64,000 nt of DNA, from positions 64,001 through 128,000 of the IMG/VR virus record IMGVR_UViG_3300032030_000015; one strand, given 5' to 3'. Made by a program: the position numbers and the translations under genes. Each line of letters begins with the position of its first letter. Positions within the stretch are counted from its first letter, which is position 1. Shown in pieces: positions 9,206 through 18,073 of this stretch. The stretch is from a virus (Duplodnaviria > Caudoviricetes). The notes under the pieces were generated by a model. That model had not been told where the DNA came from, ran no database searches, and saw nothing but the letters and a program-made list of their open reading frames with translations.

Positions 9206-9937
9206 ATGGCAAACGTATTTTGTATTACCTATTGCGGCCCGGCCCGCAACGGGAACACCTACACACCCTACAAGGCAATAGCCCACACGGCTGACGAAGC
9301 TATTGCAGTCATCAACACCTGGCAGACATACGGCGGCAAGCGCGACTACGCATCGCCCATCATGGTAAACGCCACGACGGAGCAGAAGATACGCGACCTG
9401 TTCCGCGACGGCTTCGGCAACTATCCCAGCGGACAGCCCCGTACCTACGTCGGGCTGCGCACCACTGGCTGCGGCGCATGGGAGATAGGTTTCCATCCCG
9501 CACTGGCTGACACTATCGAGGAGCATGAGCGTATCTACAACGAACAGCGCGAGGCAGCCAAGGCAGAGCGCAAACGACTGGCAGAAGCAGCCATACAGAG
9601 CAGACTTGCCGAACTGAATGAGCAGCGCAAGGGCTGGTATCATGCGGAGCTGACCGTCAGAGCAATGGTGTTTGCACAGCGCGGCAACGACTACATGACC
9701 GACCTGACCTTCTCAAGCAACGTCATCGCCGACAGCGGAGCAGATGCCTATGACAAAGCCCTGAAGCATGTGATGGACCACCCAGAGGAACTGACACATC
9801 GCGGCAACATGGCCACCCTCCATGCGTGGCCCGACATGACATCGCACGACTTCGACTTCACCTTCCTCGGTGTCAAGACCGACGAAGGCTACTCTCTCGA
9901 CAAGTGGAACGAATGGAAAGAGAAAGGAGAAATCTGA
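9206..9937 (+). CDS. hypothetical phage protein
   Basis: 243-aa ORF with its own promoter. Confidence 0.75.
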   Translation: MANVFCITYCGPARNGNTYTPYKAIAHTADEAIAVINTWQTYGGKRDYASPIMVNATTEQKIRDLFRDGFGNYPSGQPRTYVGLRTTGCGAWEIGFHPALADTIEEHERIYNEQREAAKAERKRLAEAAIQSRLAELNEQRKGWYHAELTVRAMVFAQRGNDYMTDLTFSSNVIADSGADAYDKALKHVMDHPEELTHRGNMATLHAWPDMTSHDFDFTFLGVKTDEGYSLDKWNEWKEKGEI

Positions 9938-9943
9938 CCGCAT

Positions 9944-10099
9944 ATGACTGAAGGAGTATATGCCATGACCCTCCGCGCCCCCAGCGGCGAGGAGCGCAAG
10001 ACCCTTGCCTGGCTGCCCAACGAAGCGGTGCGCCAGGACTTCTACCAGAAGGCCCGCAAGCGTGGCCTCGAAGTGATTGAGAATAACGAAAACGAATAA
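9944..10099 (+). CDS. small hypothetical protein (51 aa, MTEGVYAMTL...)
   Basis: Read manually; fills gap between genes. Confidence 0.55.
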   Translation: MTEGVYAMTLRAPSGEERKTLAWLPNEAVRQDFYQKARKRGLEVIENNENE

Positions 10100-10118
10100 T
10101 AATTAAAACGAAACGAGT

Positions 10119-10460
10119 ATGGAAATTACATTATGGGCAGTAACATTCTGCGACTATGACCACAGTGGACCCAATCCAAAGCGTCAGTTAGATGCGTACA
10201 CACGATTATTCACGGACGAAAAGGAGGCACGAGAAGCCTACGAAGGCAGTAAGTCATTCCTCGTGGAGATGGCTGGCGAGCCGGAGCGACACGACGGGCG
10301 TTTCCCCGGAGAGAAGTTCGTGGTCGAGACCTCAGAAGAAACGGAATACCAGGACCGATGTGGTTTCGATGAGAAAGAAAGAACCGTGTTCTGGGTGAGA
10401 CGAGTGACCGACCGCCCCGAAGCCTTGTATAAGGGCGATGTGTCGCTATCCCGTTTCTAA
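10119..10460 (+). CDS. hypothetical protein
   Basis: 113-aa ORF. Confidence 0.65.
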   Translation: MEITLWAVTFCDYDHSGPNPKRQLDAYTRLFTDEKEAREAYEGSKSFLVEMAGEPERHDGRFPGEKFVVETSEETEYQDRCGFDEKERTVFWVRRVTDRPEALYKGDVSLSRF

Positions 10461-10502
10461 GCCCTTGTGCCCTGCGCCTCTCCGCAGGATTCCATTTACC
10501 AG

Positions 10503-10530
10503 GCCGCCCCACACCGGGGCGGCATTTCTT
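10503..10530 (+). terminator. intrinsic terminator
   Basis: GCCGCCCC-acacc-GGGGCGGC followed by ATTTCTT. Confidence 0.55.
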
Positions 10531-10569
10531 ATCCCCATTATTTATCCCCCCCCTAAAACAAAACGAACA

Positions 10570-11472
10570 ATGAAGAAGTATTTCTTTTTCGCAGCCGTGG
10601 CCCTCATGCTGGCCGCCTGCAGCAGTGACAACGACATGCTCACAGAGAGCGCAGTACAGAACCCCGAACCCACGCAGGTGACGCTGACCTTCAGCCCATA
10701 CCAGATGGAGGCGATGACCAGGGCCACTGTGCCCGACGGTTCTCCGTCGGGTGTGCGCCGGGCTGCCACCCGCTCCGCCACCGCCATCAGCACCCTCGTC
10801 ACCCGCCTTGACGTGTGGCTCACCGACGGCACCACCGTGCAGGACATCCACCAGGCCTCCAGCGACGACAGCTTCGGACAGCTCAGCATCACACTCGACA
10901 AGCGCAAGACCTACACCCTGACCGCCGTGGCCCACAAGTGCTCGGCAGCGGTCACCCTTGCCGACGGCATAGTGTCCTTCCCCGACACGAAGGTGCTGCA
11001 GACGTTCTTCTACCAGCAGACCTTCACCCCCGCCGAAGTCACCACCCTCTCGTGCGAGATGCAGCGCATCGTCGGCCAGTTCAAACTGCAGACTACCGAC
11101 GCCGTTCCCGACGAAGTGGCGAAGGTTATCGTCAGCACACCCCAGGCCCCGACGCAGTGGAGCACTACCGCCATCGCCGGCATCACCCCGCAGGACTATG
11201 CCGTCACCTTCTCCCCCGTCAACCGCAACGCCGAGACCGGCACCGCCGCCTTCACCATCTACGTCATTGGCTCTGACGAGGAGCACACGCGCACCATCAC
11301 CGTCACCGCCTACGACTCGGAGGATAACGTCATCCAGCAGCGCACCTTCGCCGACGTCCCCATGAAGAACGGCTACCGCACCACCTACTCCGGCCAGTTC
11401 TTCACCGACCAGCCCTTCACCGCCTCGTTTACTGTAAACGACTGGAACGACTACGACACCGTGGAGTTTTAA
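10570..11472 (+). CDS. FimB/Mfa2-like (type V pilin-like) lipoprotein
   Basis: Signal peptide II MKKYFFFAAVALMLAA-C; TRA/TRS motif; C-terminal VPMKNGYRTTYSGQFF. Confidence 0.7.
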   Translation: MKKYFFFAAVALMLAACSSDNDMLTESAVQNPEPTQVTLTFSPYQMEAMTRATVPDGSPSGVRRAATRSATAISTLVTRLDVWLTDGTTVQDIHQASSDDSFGQLSITLDKRKTYTLTAVAHKCSAAVTLADGIVSFPDTKVLQTFFYQQTFTPAEVTTLSCEMQRIVGQFKLQTTDAVPDEVAKVIVSTPQAPTQWSTTAIAGITPQDYAVTFSPVNRNAETGTAAFTIYVIGSDEEHTRTITVTAYDSEDNVIQQRTFADVPMKNGYRTTYSGQFFTDQPFTASFTVNDWNDYDTVEF

Positions 11473-11606
11473 GTGAAAAGTGAACATTAAACGCCAAACA
11501 ACAATGAAAAAGAAATGATTATCCGCAATTGTACCACCAAATAATCATCAATAAAGGCTGACGAACACCGCCAGCCTTCTTTGCATTTATAAAATAGTAC
11601 GACGCA

Positions 11607-11831
11607 TCACGCGCCCTTCAGAGTGAACTCACTGAGTTCGACTGCAAAGGTACGCAATTTTTCGTTAATACGTGCAATGTTCTTCGGACTTATTTTCTTG
11701 ATGCCCGCTTTGTATTGCAGCATCTGGCTCTCGCTCATGTCGCAGATGCGGGCCAGTGCCCGGGCCGATATGTAGGGTGAAAGCGCTTCCAGCAGTTCCC
11801 CCAGATTATTGAATTGCTTATTATCTTCCAT
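11607..11831 (-). CDS. small HTH protein (Xre/antitoxin-like)
   Basis: ISARALARICDMSESQMLQYKAG helix-turn-helix pattern. Confidence 0.6.
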   Translation of the reverse strand: MEDNKQFNNLGELLEALSPYISARALARICDMSESQMLQYKAGIKKISPKNIARINEKLRTFAVELSEFTLKGA

Positions 11832-11942
11832 ATACTGTTGCCCTTGTTTGGGTTGTTTGAATTACTTATCTTACGAAAAAAAACATGAAAGAGAAAGTGA
11901 CATGGACTGAGAGCATTATTGTTGCCCTTATCTTTTTGGTAT

Positions 11943-12419
11943 TCATAGGCTGGCCAATAGAGTACTTATTACTTCGCATAGCCAATTGGTTGCTTTTGTG
12001 AGCAACGGGAGGAAGTAGCGTCCGAATAATCCAAAGAGACCACCGACAAGTCCAGCTGCAATCACGAGAATTGTCTTGGATTCTTTCAAGACTGTGAGGA
12101 ACTTGGCTAATACGTCCAGACGTTTCAGCGTTATGTCAAGCTGTTCTCCTTTCTTGATTTTCTTCAGGTACTTCTCAAACCCTATTCTCTGTGCTGCTTC
12201 GCCATCAGGAGTAAGATGTAGTTCGGCTCCCTCCCTACGAATTAAGCGATAGTCCTTTATGAGCGAATCACGAACATGGAGATAATCGCATTCAAAATCA
12301 ATATCTTCAGTATTTCCATCATAGGCATACCACTGAACATTTCCATCGCGCTCATAATTGTTATTGTCAACAAGATATTGTAGTATCTTGATGGCAATCT
12401 GTGTCTGTCTCTCTGTCAT
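11943..12419 (-). CDS. hypothetical protein with C-terminal TM segment
   Basis: 158-aa ORF; hydrophobic ILVIAAGLVGGLFGLFG. Confidence 0.65.
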   Translation of the reverse strand: MTERQTQIAIKILQYLVDNNNYERDGNVQWYAYDGNTEDIDFECDYLHVRDSLIKDYRLIRREGAELHLTPDGEAAQRIGFEKYLKKIKKGEQLDITLKRLDVLAKFLTVLKESKTILVIAAGLVGGLFGLFGRYFLPLLTKATNWLCEVISTLLASL

Positions 12420-12440
12420 ACATTATGATTTTGTTTCTTT

Positions 12441-13505
12441 TCACATCATCACAGTCCATTCCGGGTAAAAGGTATCATCATAATTCCTTGATGTGATAAT
12501 CTCAGGAATTTCTTTCACGTGCGGAAATTCATTCACAAGTTCATCCCGCATCTTTTTCAGTAAGGTACTACCAAGAATATCGGAGTTCTTTCCGCGCAAG
12601 GCTTTCTCGTACCAATCGACAAGATTCTTTTCCGTGACAATACTCTGTATTCTGCTCTTCCATCCAATCTGGCTTAACAATGCAAGTATTACGCTTGCTT
12701 CTGCTTCCTGACATACAATAACAATCCTGTCACTTGAAATTTCAGACACTATCGACTCTGCCTTTTGTACATCCAGTGTCAGATGTTTAATCTGTATTGC
12801 CGGGCCCCAGTTTGAATACATATCCAATCCTTTATCGGCTGCATTTGCAACACCGACCCTATATATTTTTGCTTTCTGTTTCGATTTACGGATATTTACA
12901 TCAATTCCCATTATCATTTTTGCGAAGTCCAAAAACTCAGAAAGGATTCCCAGTTTGTCCACATCAACAGAAACTTCTACCTGCAACCCCAGTTTCTCCA
13001 CCAACGTGGAGAAGAGAGCATAAACTATCACTTCATAAACTTTGTCCATGCTATGCCTTAGCCCGTTCTCCTTGAGAAACGTGTCTAATAGATACTCTAT
13101 ATCGAAATCCTCCGTCGTGGCAGCATTACAATAGTGAAGTATCTTGTTTAGGAGTATTTGGTTGTGTAGAAATTGCCCGTAAATATATGCTTCGACTGCT
13201 CCATTTGTACGACGGTTTTCTTTGCCAAGCAATTTGATATATTGCTGCGGCATTTGCTTTAGGAACAAACCGTCTTGGTAGTCGTTGCTGCTTGAACTCT
13301 TTGCATTGAGCAAAGCCATTGTAACTTCGTTCCTCCAGTGCTTACTGGCTATTCTGTACGATTCCAAGTTGTTCAAGTCTGCATCGCCGACAACCCTGTC
13401 ATGGTACAGGACTTCTGCTATTTGTATAGGCTTATACCAGTACGTCCTCGACTTCTTTATGATAGAATCCAATGCGTCCTTTGCTTGCCTAAGCTGTTCG
13501 TTCAT
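12441..13505 (-). CDS. HaeII-family type II restriction endonuclease
   Basis: N-terminus AKDALDSIIKKSR..YKPIQIAEVLY resembles HaeII; ADKGLDMYSNWGPAIQIKH PD-(D/E)xK-like core; next to a C5-MTase. Confidence 0.8.
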   Translation of the reverse strand: MNEQLRQAKDALDSIIKKSRTYWYKPIQIAEVLYHDRVVGDADLNNLESYRIASKHWRNEVTMALLNAKSSSSNDYQDGLFLKQMPQQYIKLLGKENRRTNGAVEAYIYGQFLHNQILLNKILHYCNAATTEDFDIEYLLDTFLKENGLRHSMDKVYEVIVYALFSTLVEKLGLQVEVSVDVDKLGILSEFLDFAKMIMGIDVNIRKSKQKAKIYRVGVANAADKGLDMYSNWGPAIQIKHLTLDVQKAESIVSEISSDRIVIVCQEAEASVILALLSQIGWKSRIQSIVTEKNLVDWYEKALRGKNSDILGSTLLKKMRDELVNEFPHVKEIPEIITSRNYDDTFYPEWTVMM

Positions 13506-14451
13506 TTGTTTGAATTTTATGAGTTTCGTAATTTTTCAGTGCTGCTATCATTTGGTTTGCCACCGCCTTTATAACCGGAACGGCCACCGAGTTTCCCGTC
13601 TGGTGCCTGATTTTCCCATAAGGAACTACTACCTTGAAATCTTCAGGGAATCCTTGGAAACGTAGAAGTTCTCGCTCCGTCGGTCTTCTCTCGTCATTGA
13701 TTAGAATGTAATTAGCTGATGCCCCAGCCCTTAGACATGACGAATATGGGTGTGGGGTTACAGAACCGGCCTTGTTCTCGTGAGAAATGTATGGCTTCGG
13801 ATAGTTTGGATCTTTCAGTCTCATAAGTCTGGACTCCCTGATGGCAGTCCGTACATAATACTTATCATCAACATCCTTCTCTAAAACATCTTCCAGCCTT
13901 TGCCTTTTGCATTTCGGTAACGGTTCTGGAAAACTGAACAGCACATCATCAATAAATCCCACAATAATAATCCTCTCTCTCTTCTGTGGAACTCCATAAT
14001 CAAGAGCGTTAAGAACTTTAGAATACACATTATAACCTAAAGCGGAAAGATGACTGAGTATAATCTTAAACGTGTTGCCATTATCGTGTGCGGTAAGGTT
14101 CCTTACATTCTCGAGCATGAATGCTTTGGGCTTTTTATCCCTCAGTATTCGCTCTATGTCAAAGAAGAGAGTGCCACAAGTTTCATTTTCAAACCCTTCT
14201 CTCTTACCAATAATAGAGAATGCCTGACATGGAAATCCGCCCAGGAGTATGTCGAAATCAGGTATATCCTTAGTGCTTATTTTGGTAATATCCCCTGCTG
14301 GGTGTTCACCAAAGTTTGCTTCGTATGTTTTGCAAGCATCTTCATCAAACTCCGACGAGAATACGCAATGACCGCCAGCCGACTCAAAGCCAAGCCGGAT
14401 GCCACCTATACCAGCAAACAAATCTATGAAGCTAAAATTATTCCAATCCAT
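13489..14451 (-). CDS. DNA cytosine-5 methyltransferase (cognate of the HaeII-like REase)
   Basis: DLFAGIGG, GFPCQAFS, ENV, QKRER and GNSV motifs; start MDWNNF 1 nt after the transposase stop. Confidence 0.93.
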   Translation of the reverse strand: MDWNNFSFIDLFAGIGGIRLGFESAGGHCVFSSEFDEDACKTYEANFGEHPAGDITKISTKDIPDFDILLGGFPCQAFSIIGKREGFENETCGTLFFDIERILRDKKPKAFMLENVRNLTAHDNGNTFKIILSHLSALGYNVYSKVLNALDYGVPQKRERIIIVGFIDDVLFSFPEPLPKCKRQRLEDVLEKDVDDKYYVRTAIRESRLMRLKDPNYPKPYISHENKAGSVTPHPYSSCLRAGASANYILINDERRPTERELLRFQGFPEDFKVVVPYGKIRHQTGNSVAVPVIKAVANQMIAALKNYETHKIQTNERTA

Positions 14452-14452
14452 T

Positions 14453-15403
14453 TTATGCTGCTTTCCTATATGTTCTATGTTCAAAATCCGTGCGGTAGGA
14501 TGCCGCTATCATTACAAGCCGCTCAAACAAGTCCTCGCCGAAGTAGCGGCGATTAAACTTGTAGCAGAACTCGTTCAGATACTCTTGCAGGAACTCCGGC
14601 TTTACACCGTGGTACATGTCGGCCAGCAGTGTCTTGGAGTTGCTGATGGCAATGTGTACCCATGGGAGCACCTTGCCTATGTCCTTCGGGTCTATGACCT
14701 GCGACTTGTGCTCCGTGAACATATCTTTGAAGTGAATGTACGAGCGATGGTCGTCAGTGGTCAGACTGCTGTCCTTTTCTATCGACTTGGCTGCAACGGC
14801 ATCTATCGTCTTTGCTTTCTCATCAGGTATCACAATCATCTTAATATGCTTTACCGACTTTGGCTTCATTCCTTTCTTTGTTTCCACGTCCACTGGCGTG
14901 CTCTCTGCAATCACCATCACTTTAGACTTGCGTTGACTGCCAACGCCAGCTTTCAGTTTCTCATCCTTCTTCTCTTCTGGTATCTCTGTAGAGAAAAAGC
15001 CCTCGTCCAGTTCGATACAGCCTTTCAGTGTGTACTTGTCGTCACGCTTGCCCATCACTGAACGCAGCTTGTGCATCAGCTCCCATACGGGTTGATAGCG
15101 GTTGTGTCCCAACTGACGCTGTAACTCTGCGGCCGATATGCTTTTCTTTGTGGCTGTCAGCAGGTGCATGGCTATGAACCAATAGCGGAACGGCAACTTT
15201 GAGCCGTGCATCACCGTGCCACTCCTGAGCGTAGTCCTATGGCGGCAGTGCTTGCACTGATACTGCTGCTTGCTCTCCAGCCACACTACATCGTGAGAGC
15301 AACAATGTTGGCACGTCACGCCTTCCTTGTCTCTCATTTCCTTAAACTTGCGACGGCAGGCCGCTTCGTCGGGAAAATACTTGTTGAACTCGAAAATCTT
15401 CAT
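14453..15403 (-). CDS. IS1595-family transposase
   Basis: N-terminal zinc ribbon (CQHC...CKHC), HTH, ELDE, TDD and YLNEFCYKFNRR motifs. Confidence 0.95.
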   Translation of the reverse strand: MKIFEFNKYFPDEAACRRKFKEMRDKEGVTCQHCCSHDVVWLESKQQYQCKHCRHRTTLRSGTVMHGSKLPFRYWFIAMHLLTATKKSISAAELQRQLGHNRYQPVWELMHKLRSVMGKRDDKYTLKGCIELDEGFFSTEIPEEKKDEKLKAGVGSQRKSKVMVIAESTPVDVETKKGMKPKSVKHIKMIVIPDEKAKTIDAVAAKSIEKDSSLTTDDHRSYIHFKDMFTEHKSQVIDPKDIGKVLPWVHIAISNSKTLLADMYHGVKPEFLQEYLNEFCYKFNRRYFGEDLFERLVMIAASYRTDFEHRTYRKAA

Positions 15404-15429
15404 GTTACTACTATTTTATAAATGCACTG

Positions 15430-15437
15430 CAAAGGTA
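15430..15437 (-). promoter_or_regulatory. -7 promoter element for the transposase-RM operon
   Basis: TACCTTTG on the minus strand, 27 bp upstream of the transposase ATG. Confidence 0.65.
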
Positions 15438-15556
15438 ATCATTTTGATTGTAACTACCAAATCTTTTACCTATTATTTTTTATAAGATACAAAAATAATC
15501 GGGCTGTCCAGTGCGGATGCCCGAAAATTTTGGTGGTACAATTGCGGATAATCATA

Positions 15557-16480
15557 AAAAAGAATCTTTGTTCCGTATGCTGCGTCATCGTCGCAGCCAT
15601 CATGCTCGCCGCCTGCGAAAAGCCCATTCTCGACAGCGAGGACATCACACCAACTGGCAACGTAACTCTGACGTTCACCGCCACCAACAGCGACGCCAGC
15701 ACCCGCGCCGCCCCTGTTCCCGCTGGTTCTCCGGCGTGTGTGACAAGAGCCGCCACCACGAACCTCGCCCTGTACTTCCAGAAGCTCAACGTCATGCTGT
15801 TCGACGCCTGGGGCGAGAAGGCATTCAGCACCGTCAAGACCCAGACTGCCGACGACAGCGGCTTCGGCTCGCTGACCTGCCAACTGCAGGAAGGTACCTA
15901 CACCGTCGTTGCCGTGGGTCACAGCAGCATCAAAAGCGCCACCATCAAGTCGCCACAGATGGTGCAGTTTACAGCTTCGGATGGTGAAAAGCTCACCGAT
16001 ACCTTCTGCTACTGCGGCGAGATAGAGGTGGGCAACGAGGAACTGCAGCACACCTTCCAGATGCAGCGCGTCGCGGCCATGGTGCAGTTTAAGCTAACCG
16101 ACACGGAGGTGCCCGAATCGTTCACGAAGATGGTCATCGCCTACACTGGCGGCTCGGCCAACTTCAACCCCACCACCAGCGAGGGCACGACGAAGAGCAC
16201 CCAGAGCGAGAACCGTCAGCGCAGCGACACCTCGACCTACCAGGTCTTTACGTTCCCCTACATGGCCGACGTCGGCACCCTGAAGATGACCCTCACTGCC
16301 TACGACGCCGACGGTAACACCCTGCGCCAGCGCGTCTTCGAGAGCGTTCCCGTTACCCGCAACCGCATCACCACCTACACCGGCCAGTTCTTCGACGGTA
16401 CCGAGGGTAACTTCGCCCAGTCCACCTTCGGCTTCAGCGTCAATGGCGAGTGGAGCGGGGAGGATAACTACGACTTCTGA
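15557..16480 (+). pseudogene. second FimB/Mfa2-like lipoprotein, start codon separated by the transposon (original ATG at 11504)
   Basis: Removing the element and one TSD gives ATG AAA AAG AAT CTT TGT = MKKNLC...MLAA-C; paralog of the 10570 gene. Confidence 0.8.
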
Positions 16481-16520
16481 CCATTTTCGTGACCTCACGA
16501 AAATGATACAACACACCAAA

Positions 16521-16560
16521 CGGACCAACGGCACAAGCACCGTTGGTCCGCTTTTCTTTT
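16521..16560 (+). terminator. intrinsic terminator between convergent operons
   Basis: CGGACCAACGG...CCGTTGGTCCG followed by CTTTTCTTTT. Confidence 0.7.
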
Positions 16561-16584
16561 CCTTTGCTTGAAAATCCCTTTTGA

Positions 16585-17364
16585 TTATCCCTTCATCCAC
16601 TTCAGCGCCTGCCACGTGTTCCACGACGAGCGCAGGGCATCGTAGAGCGCGTCGTGCGCCTCGCTGCCTGCGGCGTAGCGGTCGGGTAGGGGAGGGAAGA
16701 GTTTGTACACGTCGTAGCTGCCTGCGAGTATCTGCTTGGGCAGAAGCGTACACGGAACGACACTGCCGTCTGGCATAATCTCAACATCGGTCACTGCCTT
16801 GCCGCTCTTGATCAATTGCTCGTTTCTCTCCTTAATCTCTCGCATCCGCTTTATCAGCGCCGCCTCCAGTATCAACGTGCGGCAGTCGCGCAGTTGGGTG
16901 TGGGCGATGACGTCCTGCTCCATGTCGTAGCCGTTGCGGCGGCAGAGGTTGCGCAGGATGCCCTGGTCGGTGTCGCCCTGGCTCCACAGGCAGATACTGT
17001 CCAGCCCAAGCTGCTCCTTGGCGCGTTCCAAGTAGCCCACAATCTCCACCGTCACCTCGTCCACGGGCTGGGCCAGCCCGTCGCATACGGCCCGTTTCGC
17101 CTCTTGACTCTGCTTCGTCCACCACTCGACGGTCTCCGGGTCGAAGTCGTAGCCCTCGACCACGCAGGAGCGCAGGTCCACATACAGCTCCAGCGACTCC
17201 GGCCACTTGCTGGTCTGCTCCTCGGTCAGTGTGCCGTCCTCGTCCATCACGAAAGGGTCTTCCTTGGCGTCTCTATTCCATGGCACGATGGCCACCATCA
17301 TCGGCGCGGCGTTCGCCGTCAGCCCGACGGTCTCAAAGTCAATCGTAAAATCCAAGTGTTTCAT
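16585..17364 (-). CDS. DEDDh 3'-5' exonuclease (phage RNase T/ExoVIII-like)
   Basis: IDFET, WSQG..D, RDCRT and HDALYDA motifs. Confidence 0.85.
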   Translation of the reverse strand: MKHLDFTIDFETVGLTANAAPMMVAIVPWNRDAKEDPFVMDEDGTLTEEQTSKWPESLELYVDLRSCVVEGYDFDPETVEWWTKQSQEAKRAVCDGLAQPVDEVTVEIVGYLERAKEQLGLDSICLWSQGDTDQGILRNLCRRNGYDMEQDVIAHTQLRDCRTLILEAALIKRMREIKERNEQLIKSGKAVTDVEIMPDGSVVPCTLLPKQILAGSYDVYKLFPPLPDRYAAGSEAHDALYDALRSSWNTWQALKWMKG

Positions 17365-17377
17365 TGTCGCTGTCCCT

Positions 17378-17533
17378 TTAGTCCATGATAATGTTCTTTC
17401 TTCTCAGGATTTCTCGCACCGTCTGGGCATCTACCCCTGCGATGCTTGCGATGTTGGCCACTTGCCAGCCGTTCTTCTGCAGGTCGAGCACGTACTGCTC
17501 CGTGGTCCTGCCTCCGTGTAGTCTCTTTGTCAT
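17378..17533 (-). CDS. small HTH-like protein (51 aa, MTKRLHGG...)
   Basis: Read manually: GWQVANIASIAGVDAQTVREILRR; better than the listed 68-aa frame. Confidence 0.55.
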   Translation of the reverse strand: MTKRLHGGRTTEQYVLDLQKNGWQVANIASIAGVDAQTVREILRRKNIIMD

Positions 17534-17563
17534 AATACCTTAATCGTTTGTTTAATTCTATAA

Positions 17564-17866
17564 TCATTGCTGCTTAACTTGAAATCGTCTTGTGATGCGG
17601 CCCTTGGTGAGGTCGTAGACGGAGAGTTCCATCTCCACGCGGTCGCCCACCATGACGCGGATGTGGTTCTGTCGCATCTTGCCGCTGATGGTGGCCAGGA
17701 TGGTGACGCCGTTGTCCAGCTCCACGTGGTAGTTGTCGTAGCCCAGCGCCTCGGTTATCTCGCCCTGTGCGGTCAGTATGTCGGTGCGCTGGCGTCGGCT
17801 GTAGCCGCCGTTCATCTTCACGGCGGGCTTCATCTCTGCGTATCTTCTCTGCTTATGTCTTGCCAT
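17564..17866 (-). CDS. infA: translation initiation factor IF-1 with basic N-terminal extension
   Basis: GEITEAL...VELDNG..ILATISGKMRQNHIRVMVGDRVEMELSVYDLTKGRITRR is the IF-1 signature. Confidence 0.9.
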   Translation of the reverse strand: MARHKQRRYAEMKPAVKMNGGYSRRQRTDILTAQGEITEALGYDNYHVELDNGVTILATISGKMRQNHIRVMVGDRVEMELSVYDLTKGRITRRFQVKQQ

Positions 17867-17881
17867 TACCTTTATATATAT

Positions 17882-18073
17882 TTAGAGTGAGAATTTCTTG
17901 TGCTTGGTGACCACGACGGGCTCGTGCAGTTCCCAGCCCTTCTGGAAGAGGAAGGCGGCGATGTCGCGCTCCGACAGGTGGCCACGGTCGATGAGCTGCT
18001 GGAGGATGTCCTGCGGCTTGCGGCCAGAGAGGGGGATGCCAGTGGTTTCAGGTTTCAGGTTGGCAGGTTTCAT
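17882..18073 (-). CDS. hypothetical protein
   Basis: 63-aa ORF, ATGA-coupled to the upstream gene. Confidence 0.55.
   Translation of the reverse strand: MKPANLKPETTGIPLSGRKPQDILQQLIDRGHLSERDIAAFLFQKGWELHEPVVVTKHKKFSL

Larger units (their letters stand above)
11515..15556 (-). mobile_element. IS1595-family transposon with passenger genes (type II RM system + 2 ORFs)
   Basis: 27-bp IRs ATGATTATCCGCAATTGTACCACCAAA (11515-11541 / 15529-15555); 8-bp TSD AAAAAGAA (11507-11514 / 15557-15564); lower GC than flanks. Confidence 0.9.

Noticed and set aside
14453-15555. Simple stand-alone IS1595 next to an unrelated RM island
   Set aside because: The matching IR and TSD are at 11507-11541, so the RM genes are inside the element
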